Below the pieces are notes generated by a model. It was not told the origin of the DNA, did no database searches, and worked only from the letters and a program-made list of their open reading frames with translations. Positions 30,163-39,311 of a stretch of 64,000 nucleotides of DNA are shown piece after piece; within the stretch, counting starts at the first letter, position 1, and the number at the start of each line of letters is the position of its first letter. Made by a program: the position numbers and the translations under genes. The stretch comes from Saprospiraceae bacterium (lineage in GTDB: Bacteria > Bacteroidota > Bacteroidia > Chitinophagales > Saprospiraceae), in NCBI GenBank assembly GCA_050298535.1, contig JBNKUI010000039.1, positions 51,083 to 115,082 on the forward strand. The letters are read 5' to 3'.

Positions 30163-33100
30163 ATGAGAAACTACATCTTCAGGTCCCTCTGCCTGGCGTT
30201 GATGTGTAGCCAGGTACACCTGTACCTACATGCACAGGAGCCCAACTGTTATCCAGACATGGAATTTTCCGTTCAAGCAGATGATTCTGCTACTATTTTT
30301 GCGATGTCTGTCGTCAGAAATGTCGATGATGCACTCCCGTTTATAATGCGTGTGATGAATAAGGGAGGTGGTGTGATTGCCGTACTGGTAGCAGATGATC
30401 CTACCGATTTTGTAAGAATTCGGGCATGTCCCTATCTATTCTCTGGCATTAATGTGATGGTGCAGAATGGAGATGGGAGTTGTACTACCGAAGCCACATT
30501 GTACAATGATCAGTTGCCGATCATCGAGCAGCGTGCAGACACAGTCTACTGCATGGATAGCCTGGTACAGGGAGGCCACATAGGTGGATCACCCCCAGTG
30601 GCCCAGATTCCCTGTGGTGGATCGATGGATGCTACACTGGTGGGCGATTGGGTCGAAACTTTTAACTGTGTGGCTGATCAGGAATTAGCTAAGATTATAT
30701 ATCGAGAGTATACGGCTGTTGGCAAAGATGGCCGACGCGGCTCAGGTGTGGATACGATATATGTGTTGAACCTGCCACCGGTCTCTCGTGAAAATCTGTA
30801 TTGTGCCGAAAAAGATACCGTCTACTGTAGTGATGATTCTGCCGAATTCGGACCTTATATGGTATTACCCGTACCAGGTACGGACGAATGCGATACGATC
30901 TATCTGCTGAATGCTGATGGTACGGCAAAAGATTTTAAGTGTGGACTCTCTGTATATGTGGACCAGGTTACTTTTCCATCTACCTGTGGGTCCCTTATTC
31001 AGTATACGGTACAGGTAAAACAACCTTGTATAGAAGGCCCCTCTTCCGGAGTATGTACCGTACCGGATGATGAAACCAATCTGTTGGAATCTGCCGGTGA
31101 AGGATATTGGATTTGTAATTTTTGGTATATGTTGACAGACACGACACCACCTCTTGTGGATTGTGGTTCAGATACTACCTATTTTTCCACCTCACCCTTT
31201 GGTTGTGAAGCCTATATGGCTATCCCTCCTGTTTCTGCTGTTGATTCCTGCGGAGAGGGTGCACTCAAGATGGTGAAGGCTAATGTAGAAACGGTAGGCT
31301 ATTTCCTCCTGACAGAAAATGGAAACCAATGGACTTCTTCGCAGGGCATTGTACTACCGATAAGACCAGAACCCTACCTGATCATATATGAGGCTATTGA
31401 TATCTGCGACAATGTGGGATATGATACCTGCTATGTGGTGATGGAAGATGGTATTTCACCTCAAGCTGTTAGTTATAAGGAGGTTAATGTCTCGCTCTCC
31501 AGTAAATTGACCTGGTTGGATGCCTCCACTATAGATAATGTGAGTACTGATAATTGTGAAATTGCACTGGTGTTGGCCAGAAGATCTGATTGGCAGACAG
31601 CTGGTGTTGAGTTATGTGATGATGTAGAGTTGGCCAGCGTTGGTGCGAATGATGATTCACTCTACCGCGTGAATCTAAGTCTTGACAAGGCGGCTGATCC
31701 CGTTGAGTTTGGATATAATGAGAATCTCTTTTATCTCAGTCAAGATGATACTACATGCGGCAATATGGTGGCTGAAGCATGGAAATATGCATTATTGGAG
31801 TATGCCACTTTACAATGCGAAGCATCAATGGATGAGTTGACTTTCTCCGAAGAAGTCAAAGATTTGCTTGATCCGCAATTTGACCCCTATGATCTCAAGC
31901 AAATAGGAGGAGGATGGTCTGAGAAAGTGCCCATCCTTTGTAATGATGTTTGCTCGACAGTAACTGTAGAACTGCTGGTAGTAGATTATTGGTGTAACTG
32001 GAGTAAGAACTGGACAAATGTGATTGTAGAAGATAAATCCACGCCTGTGGTAGCGAAGGAAATCACGGACAATATTGAAGTGACTTGCAAAACCTTTAAC
32101 GAGGATAGATATCTACTTGATGGTTTTCCCGCCAGTGCCCAGGATCTGGTGGACGCTGCAGAAAGCGGTAATGAAGAAGCGCTGGAAGCACTCAATGAAA
32201 TATTTGGTACATATCACAAGGTATGGTTGAATGATTTGGGAGCGTTGGTAGATGCGGAAGGTAACGAACTGGTTTGTGAGATTCCTTTTGAAGATAGTAT
32301 CTGTGATTATGGAGATGATATTATTGATTTTCTGGCTGGAAACTGGGAAGAAGTAGATGCATCTTCTTACTACATGGTACAAAGGGATACATTCCTGCAT
32401 GGTGCAGTACTGGTAAATTGTGCTCAGAATGTACAATGTGTACAGGAGATCGATGCAGACCTCGATGACTGTGGGCAAGGTGTAATCACAAGAACCTGGA
32501 AAATATGGAAGGAATGTACTAGCAGCACATTGATGCATGTGCCTGACACGTTTGAGCAAACACAAGAGATATATGTGGTGCAGGGATGCGGGCTTGCTCC
32601 CTGGATGTTTACAGTACCAGCGGATGATACCATAGAAGTTTGTGTATTGCGATACAATCCTGACGGATCAGTAATGGGAGCCGGAGATCCTGACAGCACG
32701 GGTAGACCTACTTTTATCGGAGATCCGTCCTGTCGACAGGTGGGTATAGGATACTATGATAAAGTCCTTGACGAAGTAGAGGATGACACGTACTGTCATC
32801 GAGTGATCAGAACCTGGTGCTTCACCGATTGGTGTGAAAACGACGATCTGTCCGCTGACGATTGGGTGGGTGATCTGGAATCTGACAATGTCTATAAATA
32901 CGAGCAGGAAATATTGGTGATCTGTACTTGTACCTGCTTCCTTGAATGTGACAATCTAAGAGATACCAGCTTTGTTTGCGATGATATTCCGGCAGATGTT
33001 ACGGATCTCTACATTTACTTCAATACTCCGGTCATTGTACCTGAAGACCCCGAAGTGGACTGTACTGGCTTTAGTATGGAAAGTATGACAGTCACAGACA

Positions 33101-34164
33101 CTAATGAGTGTGGATTCGGTTCAATAGTCCGTACTTGGTACCTCCTCGATGAAGAAATGATTATAAAAGATAGTTGCAAAGAAACCCTCTTCCTTTCATC
33201 AGGTGAACTTCTACTGAATTCTACTGGCTCCTCCTATCAAGGTGATTCGGAACCCTCAAACTGTGAAGCCATGATTATCATGCAGCCCATCAATGTAGTT
33301 GGTGAAGTTTGTCCTCGATTAGGAGCGATAACAATTACTAATAATTCAATAGTTGCAAATAACAATAGCAATGATGCCAGTGGTATATATCCTGTTGGTG
33401 TACATTATATTACATATAAGGTATTTAGTGAATGTTTAGATACGATTTACCTCGTTGATACAGTAACTGTGATTGATGATGTACCACCTCAAATTTCAGG
33501 GTCACCAGATCCTTGCATATCATTTACAGAATGGGAAGATATTTTTGATAGCGATCCCATGAATCCGATGATCATGATGCAGCTCGATATTGGTGCTTTT
33601 GATCGATGTGAATTGGATACAATCCTACTAGTGGATTTAGATTCCATATTTTTCCCAGACCCAGTGATACGGGATTCAATATTATATGTTTATAAGTGGC
33701 AATCTCGGGACACATCTGGAAATTTATCGTCAATATTGGAATTGACGTTGTTGGTATCAGATCAATGTGGTGTAACTAATAGAAGGATTATAAGTGCTTC
33801 TGAGCAAATCAATGAAGTCACGGTAAGATCGACGTATGACAAAGACAAGAATGAGGAAACACTTGGTAGACCAAAAGATGTGGGAAGTTCCAGAATTGAA
33901 ACTTGGCTGAAATTGGGTCAGAATTATCCGAATCCATTTGACGCACAGACGAAAATTCCGTTTGAGTTAAATTACCGTAGTGAACTGACATTGACCATTT
34001 ATGATGTAACTGGCAAAACACTGAAGGAAATAACCGGTGAATTTGGAAAGGGATATCATGAAGTGGAAGTAAAGCGAAGTAGTCTACCTCATGGCGGGAT
34101 ATTGTACTACAAGATTGAAACAGAATATGATACCGAAACAAGGCGTATGATTTTAATAGAATAA
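30163..34164 (+). CDS. Very large Cys-rich multi-module surface protein with T9SS C-terminal sorting domain
   Basis: Signal peptide MRNYIFRSLCLALMCSQV. Repeated degenerate modules ending in xRTWxxxDxC-like motifs (ITRTWKIWKEC, VIRTWCFTDWC, IVRTWYLLDEE) and an HYR-like GVHYITYKVFSEC. C-terminus LGQNYPNPFDAQTKIPFEL...LTIYDVTGK...GILYYKIE is a type A CTD. The ORF is open from TTG at 30136. Confidence 0.85.
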   Translation: MRNYIFRSLCLALMCSQVHLYLHAQEPNCYPDMEFSVQADDSATIFAMSVVRNVDDALPFIMRVMNKGGGVIAVLVADDPTDFVRIRACPYLFSGINVMVQNGDGSCTTEATLYNDQLPIIEQRADTVYCMDSLVQGGHIGGSPPVAQIPCGGSMDATLVGDWVETFNCVADQELAKIIYREYTAVGKDGRRGSGVDTIYVLNLPPVSRENLYCAEKDTVYCSDDSAEFGPYMVLPVPGTDECDTIYLLNADGTAKDFKCGLSVYVDQVTFPSTCGSLIQYTVQVKQPCIEGPSSGVCTVPDDETNLLESAGEGYWICNFWYMLTDTTPPLVDCGSDTTYFSTSPFGCEAYMAIPPVSAVDSCGEGALKMVKANVETVGYFLLTENGNQWTSSQGIVLPIRPEPYLIIYEAIDICDNVGYDTCYVVMEDGISPQAVSYKEVNVSLSSKLTWLDASTIDNVSTDNCEIALVLARRSDWQTAGVELCDDVELASVGANDDSLYRVNLSLDKAADPVEFGYNENLFYLSQDDTTCGNMVAEAWKYALLEYATLQCEASMDELTFSEEVKDLLDPQFDPYDLKQIGGGWSEKVPILCNDVCSTVTVELLVVDYWCNWSKNWTNVIVEDKSTPVVAKEITDNIEVTCKTFNEDRYLLDGFPASAQDLVDAAESGNEEALEALNEIFGTYHKVWLNDLGALVDAEGNELVCEIPFEDSICDYGDDIIDFLAGNWEEVDASSYYMVQRDTFLHGAVLVNCAQNVQCVQEIDADLDDCGQGVITRTWKIWKECTSSTLMHVPDTFEQTQEIYVVQGCGLAPWMFTVPADDTIEVCVLRYNPDGSVMGAGDPDSTGRPTFIGDPSCRQVGIGYYDKVLDEVEDDTYCHRVIRTWCFTDWCENDDLSADDWVGDLESDNVYKYEQEILVICTCTCFLECDNLRDTSFVCDDIPADVTDLYIYFNTPVIVPEDPEVDCTGFSMESMTVTDTNECGFGSIVRTWYLLDEEMIIKDSCKETLFLSSGELLLNSTGSSYQGDSEPSNCEAMIIMQPINVVGEVCPRLGAITITNNSIVANNNSNDASGIYPVGVHYITYKVFSECLDTIYLVDTVTVIDDVPPQISGSPDPCISFTEWEDIFDSDPMNPMIMMQLDIGAFDRCELDTILLVDLDSIFFPDPVIRDSILYVYKWQSRDTSGNLSSILELTLLVSDQCGVTNRRIISASEQINEVTVRSTYDKDKNEETLGRPKDVGSSRIETWLKLGQNYPNPFDAQTKIPFELNYRSELTLTIYDVTGKTLKEITGEFGKGYHEVEVKRSSLPHGGILYYKIETEYDTETRRMILIE

Positions 34165-34191
34165 TAGGACGTCTGAAAACGATATGGAAAA

Positions 34192-34219
34192 GGGGGTGTA
34201 GCAATACATCCCTTTTTTT
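34192..34219 (+). terminator. Rho-independent terminator after the large T9SS protein gene
   Basis: GGGGGTGTA-gcaa-TACATCCC hairpin followed by a T7 run. An A-run on the 5' side suggests it may work in both directions. Confidence 0.75.
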
Positions 34220-34301
34220 ATGTGTTAAGTTGACGCATTTATACAATGATTGACCTAAAAGAGTTTGCAACTTTAATTTGAAAATTTAAAAAAGAGTAAA
34301 A

Positions 34302-34694
34302 ATGAAAGAAGACAGAGTTGCACAACTTACACAGATAGCCAGAACATATGTGGAGGAAGGTCTGGGAAAGGGTGATTTTGAAATTATTCCCTATGCTGAA
34401 GAGATTTCTCTCCGGGCACCACTCAATCCGGGAGGATCAGAGAGTCCGATAGTTGGAAGAGATTTACTTAAAGACACATGGTGGAAGCCATTACCTGAAC
34501 TTATAGAAAGCACGGAGTTATTAGGCATTTATGTCAACGCAAAGCAGGATGCAGTGGCAGCAGAATTTTACTGCCATATTAAATCTCCAAGTTGCAGGTT
34601 ACGAATTATTGATCGATTCAAAGTAGATGAGTCTGGACTCATCACGGATCAGGAAAATTTCTTCGATCCCAGACCTGTGACGGATCCAAATTAA
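34302..34694 (+). CDS. Hypothetical protein, possibly NTF2/SnoaL-like fold
   Basis: 130 aa with coding-like composition. The fold assignment is from length and pattern only. Confidence 0.45.
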   Translation: MKEDRVAQLTQIARTYVEEGLGKGDFEIIPYAEEISLRAPLNPGGSESPIVGRDLLKDTWWKPLPELIESTELLGIYVNAKQDAVAAEFYCHIKSPSCRLRIIDRFKVDESGLITDQENFFDPRPVTDPN

Positions 34695-34718
34695 ATTCTC
34701 TAATAAGTAACGTGAATC

Positions 34719-35108
34719 ATGGAAAAAATAAACACACCAGGTGTGCATCATATTACCTTGCGATCATCTAACTATGAAAGGGCAAAGAAGTTCTATACTG
34801 ATGATCTGGGGTTTGAAATTATTCTTGAGAAAGAAAACCTATTTATATTTTTTGCCGGAGGTACTGCTATCGCAGTACGAGGTCCGGAAGAACAAAGTCC
34901 GGCAAATGATCAATTTAATCCGTATAGAGTGGGTCTTGATCACCTGGCACTTGGTTGTACTCAGGAAAGCGATCTGCATGACCTGGAGAAAAAACTAAAT
35001 AAACTTCATATCGAGAATACCGGAGTCAAGACCGATGAAACCTTAGGGAAGAAATATATTGCTTTTAAAGATCCTGACAGGATTAGTTGGGAGTATTATA
35101 TGATCTAG
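34719..35108 (+). CDS. VOC (glyoxalase/bleomycin resistance/dioxygenase) family protein
   Basis: 129 aa. GVHHITLRSSNYERAKKFYTDDLGFEI and GLDHLAL. Confidence 0.8.
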   Translation: MEKINTPGVHHITLRSSNYERAKKFYTDDLGFEIILEKENLFIFFAGGTAIAVRGPEEQSPANDQFNPYRVGLDHLALGCTQESDLHDLEKKLNKLHIENTGVKTDETLGKKYIAFKDPDRISWEYYMI

Positions 35109-35865
35109 CATTTTTATTGGCCAGAACTACGAGGATCGTAGCAGCGATTATTAGAAAGCCGATATAAATAAATACAGGCTTAGATCCACTCTTCCAAAGA
35201 GGAGTAAACGAAACCAGGGCATTTGCACTGAAGTGTGTGAGAATTGCAATTACTATATTCTGACCTGATTTTTCATACAGATAGCAGATAATAATCGAAA
35301 TACTGATCAGATATAAAATGAAGCTGCAGAAAAGAGGGAGGGTAAATGTCCAGTTACCAATCATGAAATCGAAACTGTGCCAGGTTCCCCAGACTCCGCC
35401 TACAAGGATGGATGCTGTACCAAGACTCTGCTTAGCTCGTAAGTAATCAAATAAGAATCCGCGCCAGGCAAATTCCTCAGTGAGCCCAGGGAATAGTAGC
35501 AAAGGGATGGAAAGTCCGAGCATATGACTCCAGGAAGGGAAATTCCACGCAATGGAATTGGGGAAAGCCAGTGAAGAGATGAACAGTGAAATAAATCCAA
35601 GCAGTGGAATGAGAAGCGTGGCAAGCAAATACCAGTAATGTGGGGTGGATCTGTTGAAGAACTTTGAAAAAACAGTCTCAAGTTCAATTCCTTTAGATAT
35701 AATGCCCACAATAAAGAGAGATAGGAGCGGTGTGAGTGCAAACAGTATTTTTAATGGCTTAAGGGATCCCAGTGGTATTCCTATGATCCAGCAGATGCCC
35801 AGAATAATGTAGATAGGCAGAATTGCAATACATATAAAAGATATCGCCGGATATTTTCTGATCAT
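35083..35865 (-). CDS. CPBP family intramembrane glutamic endopeptidase (CAAX protease-like)
   Basis: 260 aa, polytopic. TEEFAWRGFLF (EExxxR motif) and a later ILTHFSANAL (H motif). Confidence 0.8.
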   Translation of the reverse strand: MIRKYPAISFICIAILPIYIILGICWIIGIPLGSLKPLKILFALTPLLSLFIVGIISKGIELETVFSKFFNRSTPHYWYLLATLLIPLLGFISLFISSLAFPNSIAWNFPSWSHMLGLSIPLLLFPGLTEEFAWRGFLFDYLRAKQSLGTASILVGGVWGTWHSFDFMIGNWTFTLPLFCSFILYLISISIIICYLYEKSGQNIVIAILTHFSANALVSFTPLWKSGSKPVFIYIGFLIIAATILVVLANKNARSYNTPN

Positions 35866-35881
35866 AAGTGATTCATTGGCT

Positions 35882-37786
35882 CTATAGATGTTTTGCGAGA
35901 AAACCTAATGCCGCCTTATAGACTTCGAATCGGTTTTCCTCATTGTGAAATCCATGACCTTCGTTGTATTTTACCATATAGGGCACATCGATATTCCGCT
36001 CTCGTAATGAGCGTACGATTTGATCAGACTCGTCAATGTTGACCCGAGGGTCGTTGGCCCCTTGAATGACAAAAAGTGGTGCTTTGATTTTGTCAACATG
36101 GTACACGGGTGATGCTTCCCTCATTTGCTCCGTATCCTTTTCTGGATTACCTACCATTTCATACATCATGTCGAGGTAGGGTTTCCAGTAAGGTGGAATG
36201 GTTTTCATAAAAGTGAATAAATTACTCACCCCTACGTAGTCAATCGCACAGCAGTATAATTCCGGTGTAAAGGTTACACCGGCCAGTGTGGCATAGCCTC
36301 CATAGCTTCCACCATAAATGGCGATCCGGTTAGGATCGGCGATCCCCTCATCGATGAGCCATTGTACTCCATCAGATATGTCATCCTGCATTTTTTTACC
36401 CCATTGTTTAAAACTGGATTTGAAAAATGCTTTACCATATCCAGTACTCCCGCGGTAATTCATTTTAAGTACCCCATAGCCTCGGCTGGCAAATAATTGC
36501 ACTTCAGGATTGTAACCCCAGGTATCCCGTACCCATGGACCTCCGTGAGGATTAATGATAATGGGTACATTTTTTTTCTGGCCTTTAGGAAGTGCCAGAT
36601 AACCATGAATAGTCAGACCGTCTCTACTTTGGTATTGTATCGGGGTAGTTTCCACTAAATCCTCCTCATCAAGCCAAGGGCTTACATCGGTTATCTTAGT
36701 CAGCTCATCGGCCTTGACATCGTAGAAATAATAGGATCCCAAGGATCGGTCGGATGAAGTTCGTACAATGAATTTGTCTTCTTCCTTATTATAGCTCGAA
36801 AATCCAATCTGATAGCCAGGTAGTTGTTCCTTTAACTTTTCATAGGTTGCCATTGACCGGTCATCGAGAAAATACCGGTGCACCTTGTCGGTCACATAAG
36901 TGATTACAGTCAAGACCTTTCTCTTTTTGGAGTACCGGAGTCCACTGACATCCACTTCTTCGTGGCTAAAGAGGACCTCTCCTGTCTCCTTGCCAGTATG
37001 CATATCAAATTGGGTGATGACGCTCTTATCCCGTCCGAGGTTGGAAGCAGCATATACAATATGTTCCTTCTCAAAATCAAAGAAAAGTGGAGTCATGGAT
37101 TCTGTAAAGTCCGTCTTGAGGATCTCCCGGAAAGGCTCATCCTCATGGTCGCGATACATTAATACACTATTAGTACCGTCCTGCACCTTGGTGGCAATAC
37201 GTAGCCGGCCCTCATGATCGGTCATCCAATGATCGATGGGCTCCAGCACATTGTCGTTAGTGGCCAGTTGAGTGAGTTCACCAGTATGGACATTCAATCG
37301 GTAAGGTTCGAATAGTTGGGGATTGTTCTTATTCATACCTATGATGATCTCTTCTTCAATATCTTCCAGGATGTCTATGATCTGTATCCTCACACCTTCG
37401 AACGGTGTAAGGTCTCTTGGATTGGATCCATCACGATCTACAGCATATAGCTGAAAGTTTTCGTCGCCTCCGGCATCCTTAATATATAGTAGGCGGGTGC
37501 TATTTGCCCAACCATAGCCACTGATATCACGGGCTGTCTCAGAAGTCAATCGAATCGCTTCCTCACTTCCTATTTTCTGCACAAATATATTTCGACGGCG
37601 TTCGTAGGGTGCCATAAAAGAAAAAAAGGTGCCATCTGGAGATAGCTGGTAGTTCGTCTTATCTGGGTTTCGGAAGAAATCTTCAACAGAATATTTGAAG
37701 TCCCCTGACTCAAATGCGATCAATTCTTTTAGCTCCTCTTCACTCGATACGAGTGATGGGTCTCCTGGTAACTCTTTGTTTGCCAT
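35882..37786 (-). CDS. S9 family serine peptidase (prolyl oligopeptidase/DPP-type, beta-propeller plus alpha/beta hydrolase)
   Basis: 634 aa. GGSYGGY nucleophile motif, QGANDPRV and EGHGF. Confidence 0.9.
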   Translation of the reverse strand: MANKELPGDPSLVSSEEELKELIAFESGDFKYSVEDFFRNPDKTNYQLSPDGTFFSFMAPYERRRNIFVQKIGSEEAIRLTSETARDISGYGWANSTRLLYIKDAGGDENFQLYAVDRDGSNPRDLTPFEGVRIQIIDILEDIEEEIIIGMNKNNPQLFEPYRLNVHTGELTQLATNDNVLEPIDHWMTDHEGRLRIATKVQDGTNSVLMYRDHEDEPFREILKTDFTESMTPLFFDFEKEHIVYAASNLGRDKSVITQFDMHTGKETGEVLFSHEEVDVSGLRYSKKRKVLTVITYVTDKVHRYFLDDRSMATYEKLKEQLPGYQIGFSSYNKEEDKFIVRTSSDRSLGSYYFYDVKADELTKITDVSPWLDEEDLVETTPIQYQSRDGLTIHGYLALPKGQKKNVPIIINPHGGPWVRDTWGYNPEVQLFASRGYGVLKMNYRGSTGYGKAFFKSSFKQWGKKMQDDISDGVQWLIDEGIADPNRIAIYGGSYGGYATLAGVTFTPELYCCAIDYVGVSNLFTFMKTIPPYWKPYLDMMYEMVGNPEKDTEQMREASPVYHVDKIKAPLFVIQGANDPRVNIDESDQIVRSLRERNIDVPYMVKYNEGHGFHNEENRFEVYKAALGFLAKHL

Positions 37787-37998
37787 TAGATTATACGATA
37801 TCGTGTTTGTAGAAAGGCTGAAATTAACAAATTTGATAAAGGTTAACTCCTCGTTTATCAGTGGATCTTCCTATTTAGTCTATCTTTTATAACATGATCA
37901 ATACACCTTTTTTATATATTGGTGTCAGCGTTTTAATAATATCACACCTCACACTTGGAGTAATTCACTCAGGACTACTATTAATTAATCTAAAAAAG

Positions 37999-39225
37999 AT
38001 GCTAATGAAAAAGCTCTATTATGCCGTATTGGCATGTTTCTTCACTATTGTCAGTTGTCAAAAGGATCCTGTGGATTTTAGTGATGAATCTACACGATTG
38101 GATGTGGTGTCTTATGATTCTGAACCAATTGATAACCAGTATATTGTGGTCTTTGAAGATCAAGTGGCTCCTGCCGATAGGAGCAGGAATGTTAATAGTA
38201 TTTTGGCACGAAAAGAGGCTGTTGGTAAGACCACATCAAATGTTCTCAAAAAAGTAAATGCGGATATTTCTCAGGTGGATTTTATTTACAGTTCTGCGGT
38301 CATTGGTTTTGCAGCCAGGTTGAATAAAGAGCAAGCAGAGGAGCTAAGTAAGGATGACAGAGTAAAATTTGTTGAGCAGGATCAAATCATCGCGCTTGGT
38401 CCAGGAATTGAAGTGGGTAAGCCTACCAATCCGGGTAATGGTGGTGGTGGAAGTCAACAAGGACAGGAAACTCCCTGGGGTATAAACCGTGTAGGAGGAC
38501 CTGTGAATTCAAATGCTACTGTCTGGATCATTGATACGGGTGTGGATCTTGATCATCCTGATTTAGAGGTTGATGCAGCAAAATCAGTGACTATGGTATC
38601 AACCGGACAAGATAGCAAGAGTGCAGATGATTTGAATGGTCATGGTACGCATGTTGCCGGGACAGTGGCGGCAATCGATAATGAACTTGGAGTGGTCGGT
38701 GTTGCGGCTGGAGCAACTATAGTTGCTGTAAAAGTTTTGGGTAGAAATGGATCTGGTTCTACCTCCGGAGTCATCGCAGGGGTAGATTATGTGGCCGAAA
38801 ATGCATCGAATGGAGATGTGGCTAATATGAGCCTGGGGGGAGGTGCAAGCACAGCCATCGATAATGCAGTGGCTGCAGCAGCTCAGAGTGGTATTAAGTT
38901 TTCTCTTGCAGCAGGTAACTCCGGTGATGACGCCGACAATCATTCACCTGCCCGAGTGAATGGAAACAATATTTACACAGTTTCAGCAATGAACAGCAAT
39001 GACTTTTTTGCGTCCTTTTCAAACTATGGAAATCCCCCTGTAGACTATTGTGCTCCTGGTGTTTCCATAAAATCAACCTGGAAGGGGGGAGGCTATAATA
39101 CAATTAGTGGTACAAGTATGGCAGCTCCTCACGTGGCTGGAATTCTTTCTATTGGCAATATTTCATCTGATGGGACTGTATCTGGAGACCCTGATGGGAA
39201 TCCGGATCCGATCGCACATCATTAA
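37999..39225 (+). CDS. S8 subtilisin-like serine peptidase with I9-like propeptide; probable lipoprotein
   Basis: MLMKKLYYAVLACFFTIVSC lipobox. DTGVDLDHPDL, HGTHVAGTVAA and SGTSMAAPHVAG form the catalytic triad motifs. The ORF is open from 37894. Confidence 0.9.
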   Translation: MLMKKLYYAVLACFFTIVSCQKDPVDFSDESTRLDVVSYDSEPIDNQYIVVFEDQVAPADRSRNVNSILARKEAVGKTTSNVLKKVNADISQVDFIYSSAVIGFAARLNKEQAEELSKDDRVKFVEQDQIIALGPGIEVGKPTNPGNGGGGSQQGQETPWGINRVGGPVNSNATVWIIDTGVDLDHPDLEVDAAKSVTMVSTGQDSKSADDLNGHGTHVAGTVAAIDNELGVVGVAAGATIVAVKVLGRNGSGSTSGVIAGVDYVAENASNGDVANMSLGGGASTAIDNAVAAAAQSGIKFSLAAGNSGDDADNHSPARVNGNNIYTVSAMNSNDFFASFSNYGNPPVDYCAPGVSIKSTWKGGGYNTISGTSMAAPHVAGILSIGNISSDGTVSGDPDGNPDPIAHH

Positions 39226-39254
39226 TTAATGGCTAAAAACCTATAAAAAAGTTT

Positions 39255-39289
39255 GGGATGAATACCGATTTGGTACTCATCCCTTTTTT
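39255..39289. terminator. Bidirectional rho-independent terminator between the S8 peptidase gene and glyQS
   Basis: GGGATGAATACC-gattt-GGTACTCATCCC (one mismatch), flanked by A6 on the 5' side and T6 on the 3' side. Confidence 0.7.
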
Positions 39290-39311
39290 AATTCTGGTGG
39301 TGATTAGTTTT

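Noticed and set aside
32113-32565. 150-aa antisense ORF inside the large T9SS cargo gene (also 33818..34270, 32424..32699 and 30695..30928).
   Set aside because: The composition is not protein-like (Cys/Ile/Tyr/Phe runs). The sense frame is continuous for 4 kb and ends in a canonical sorting domain.
35400-35741. 113-aa alternative-frame ORF within the CPBP protease gene.
   Set aside because: It is on the same strand but out of frame with a gene carrying the EExxxR and H motifs, and has no independent support.
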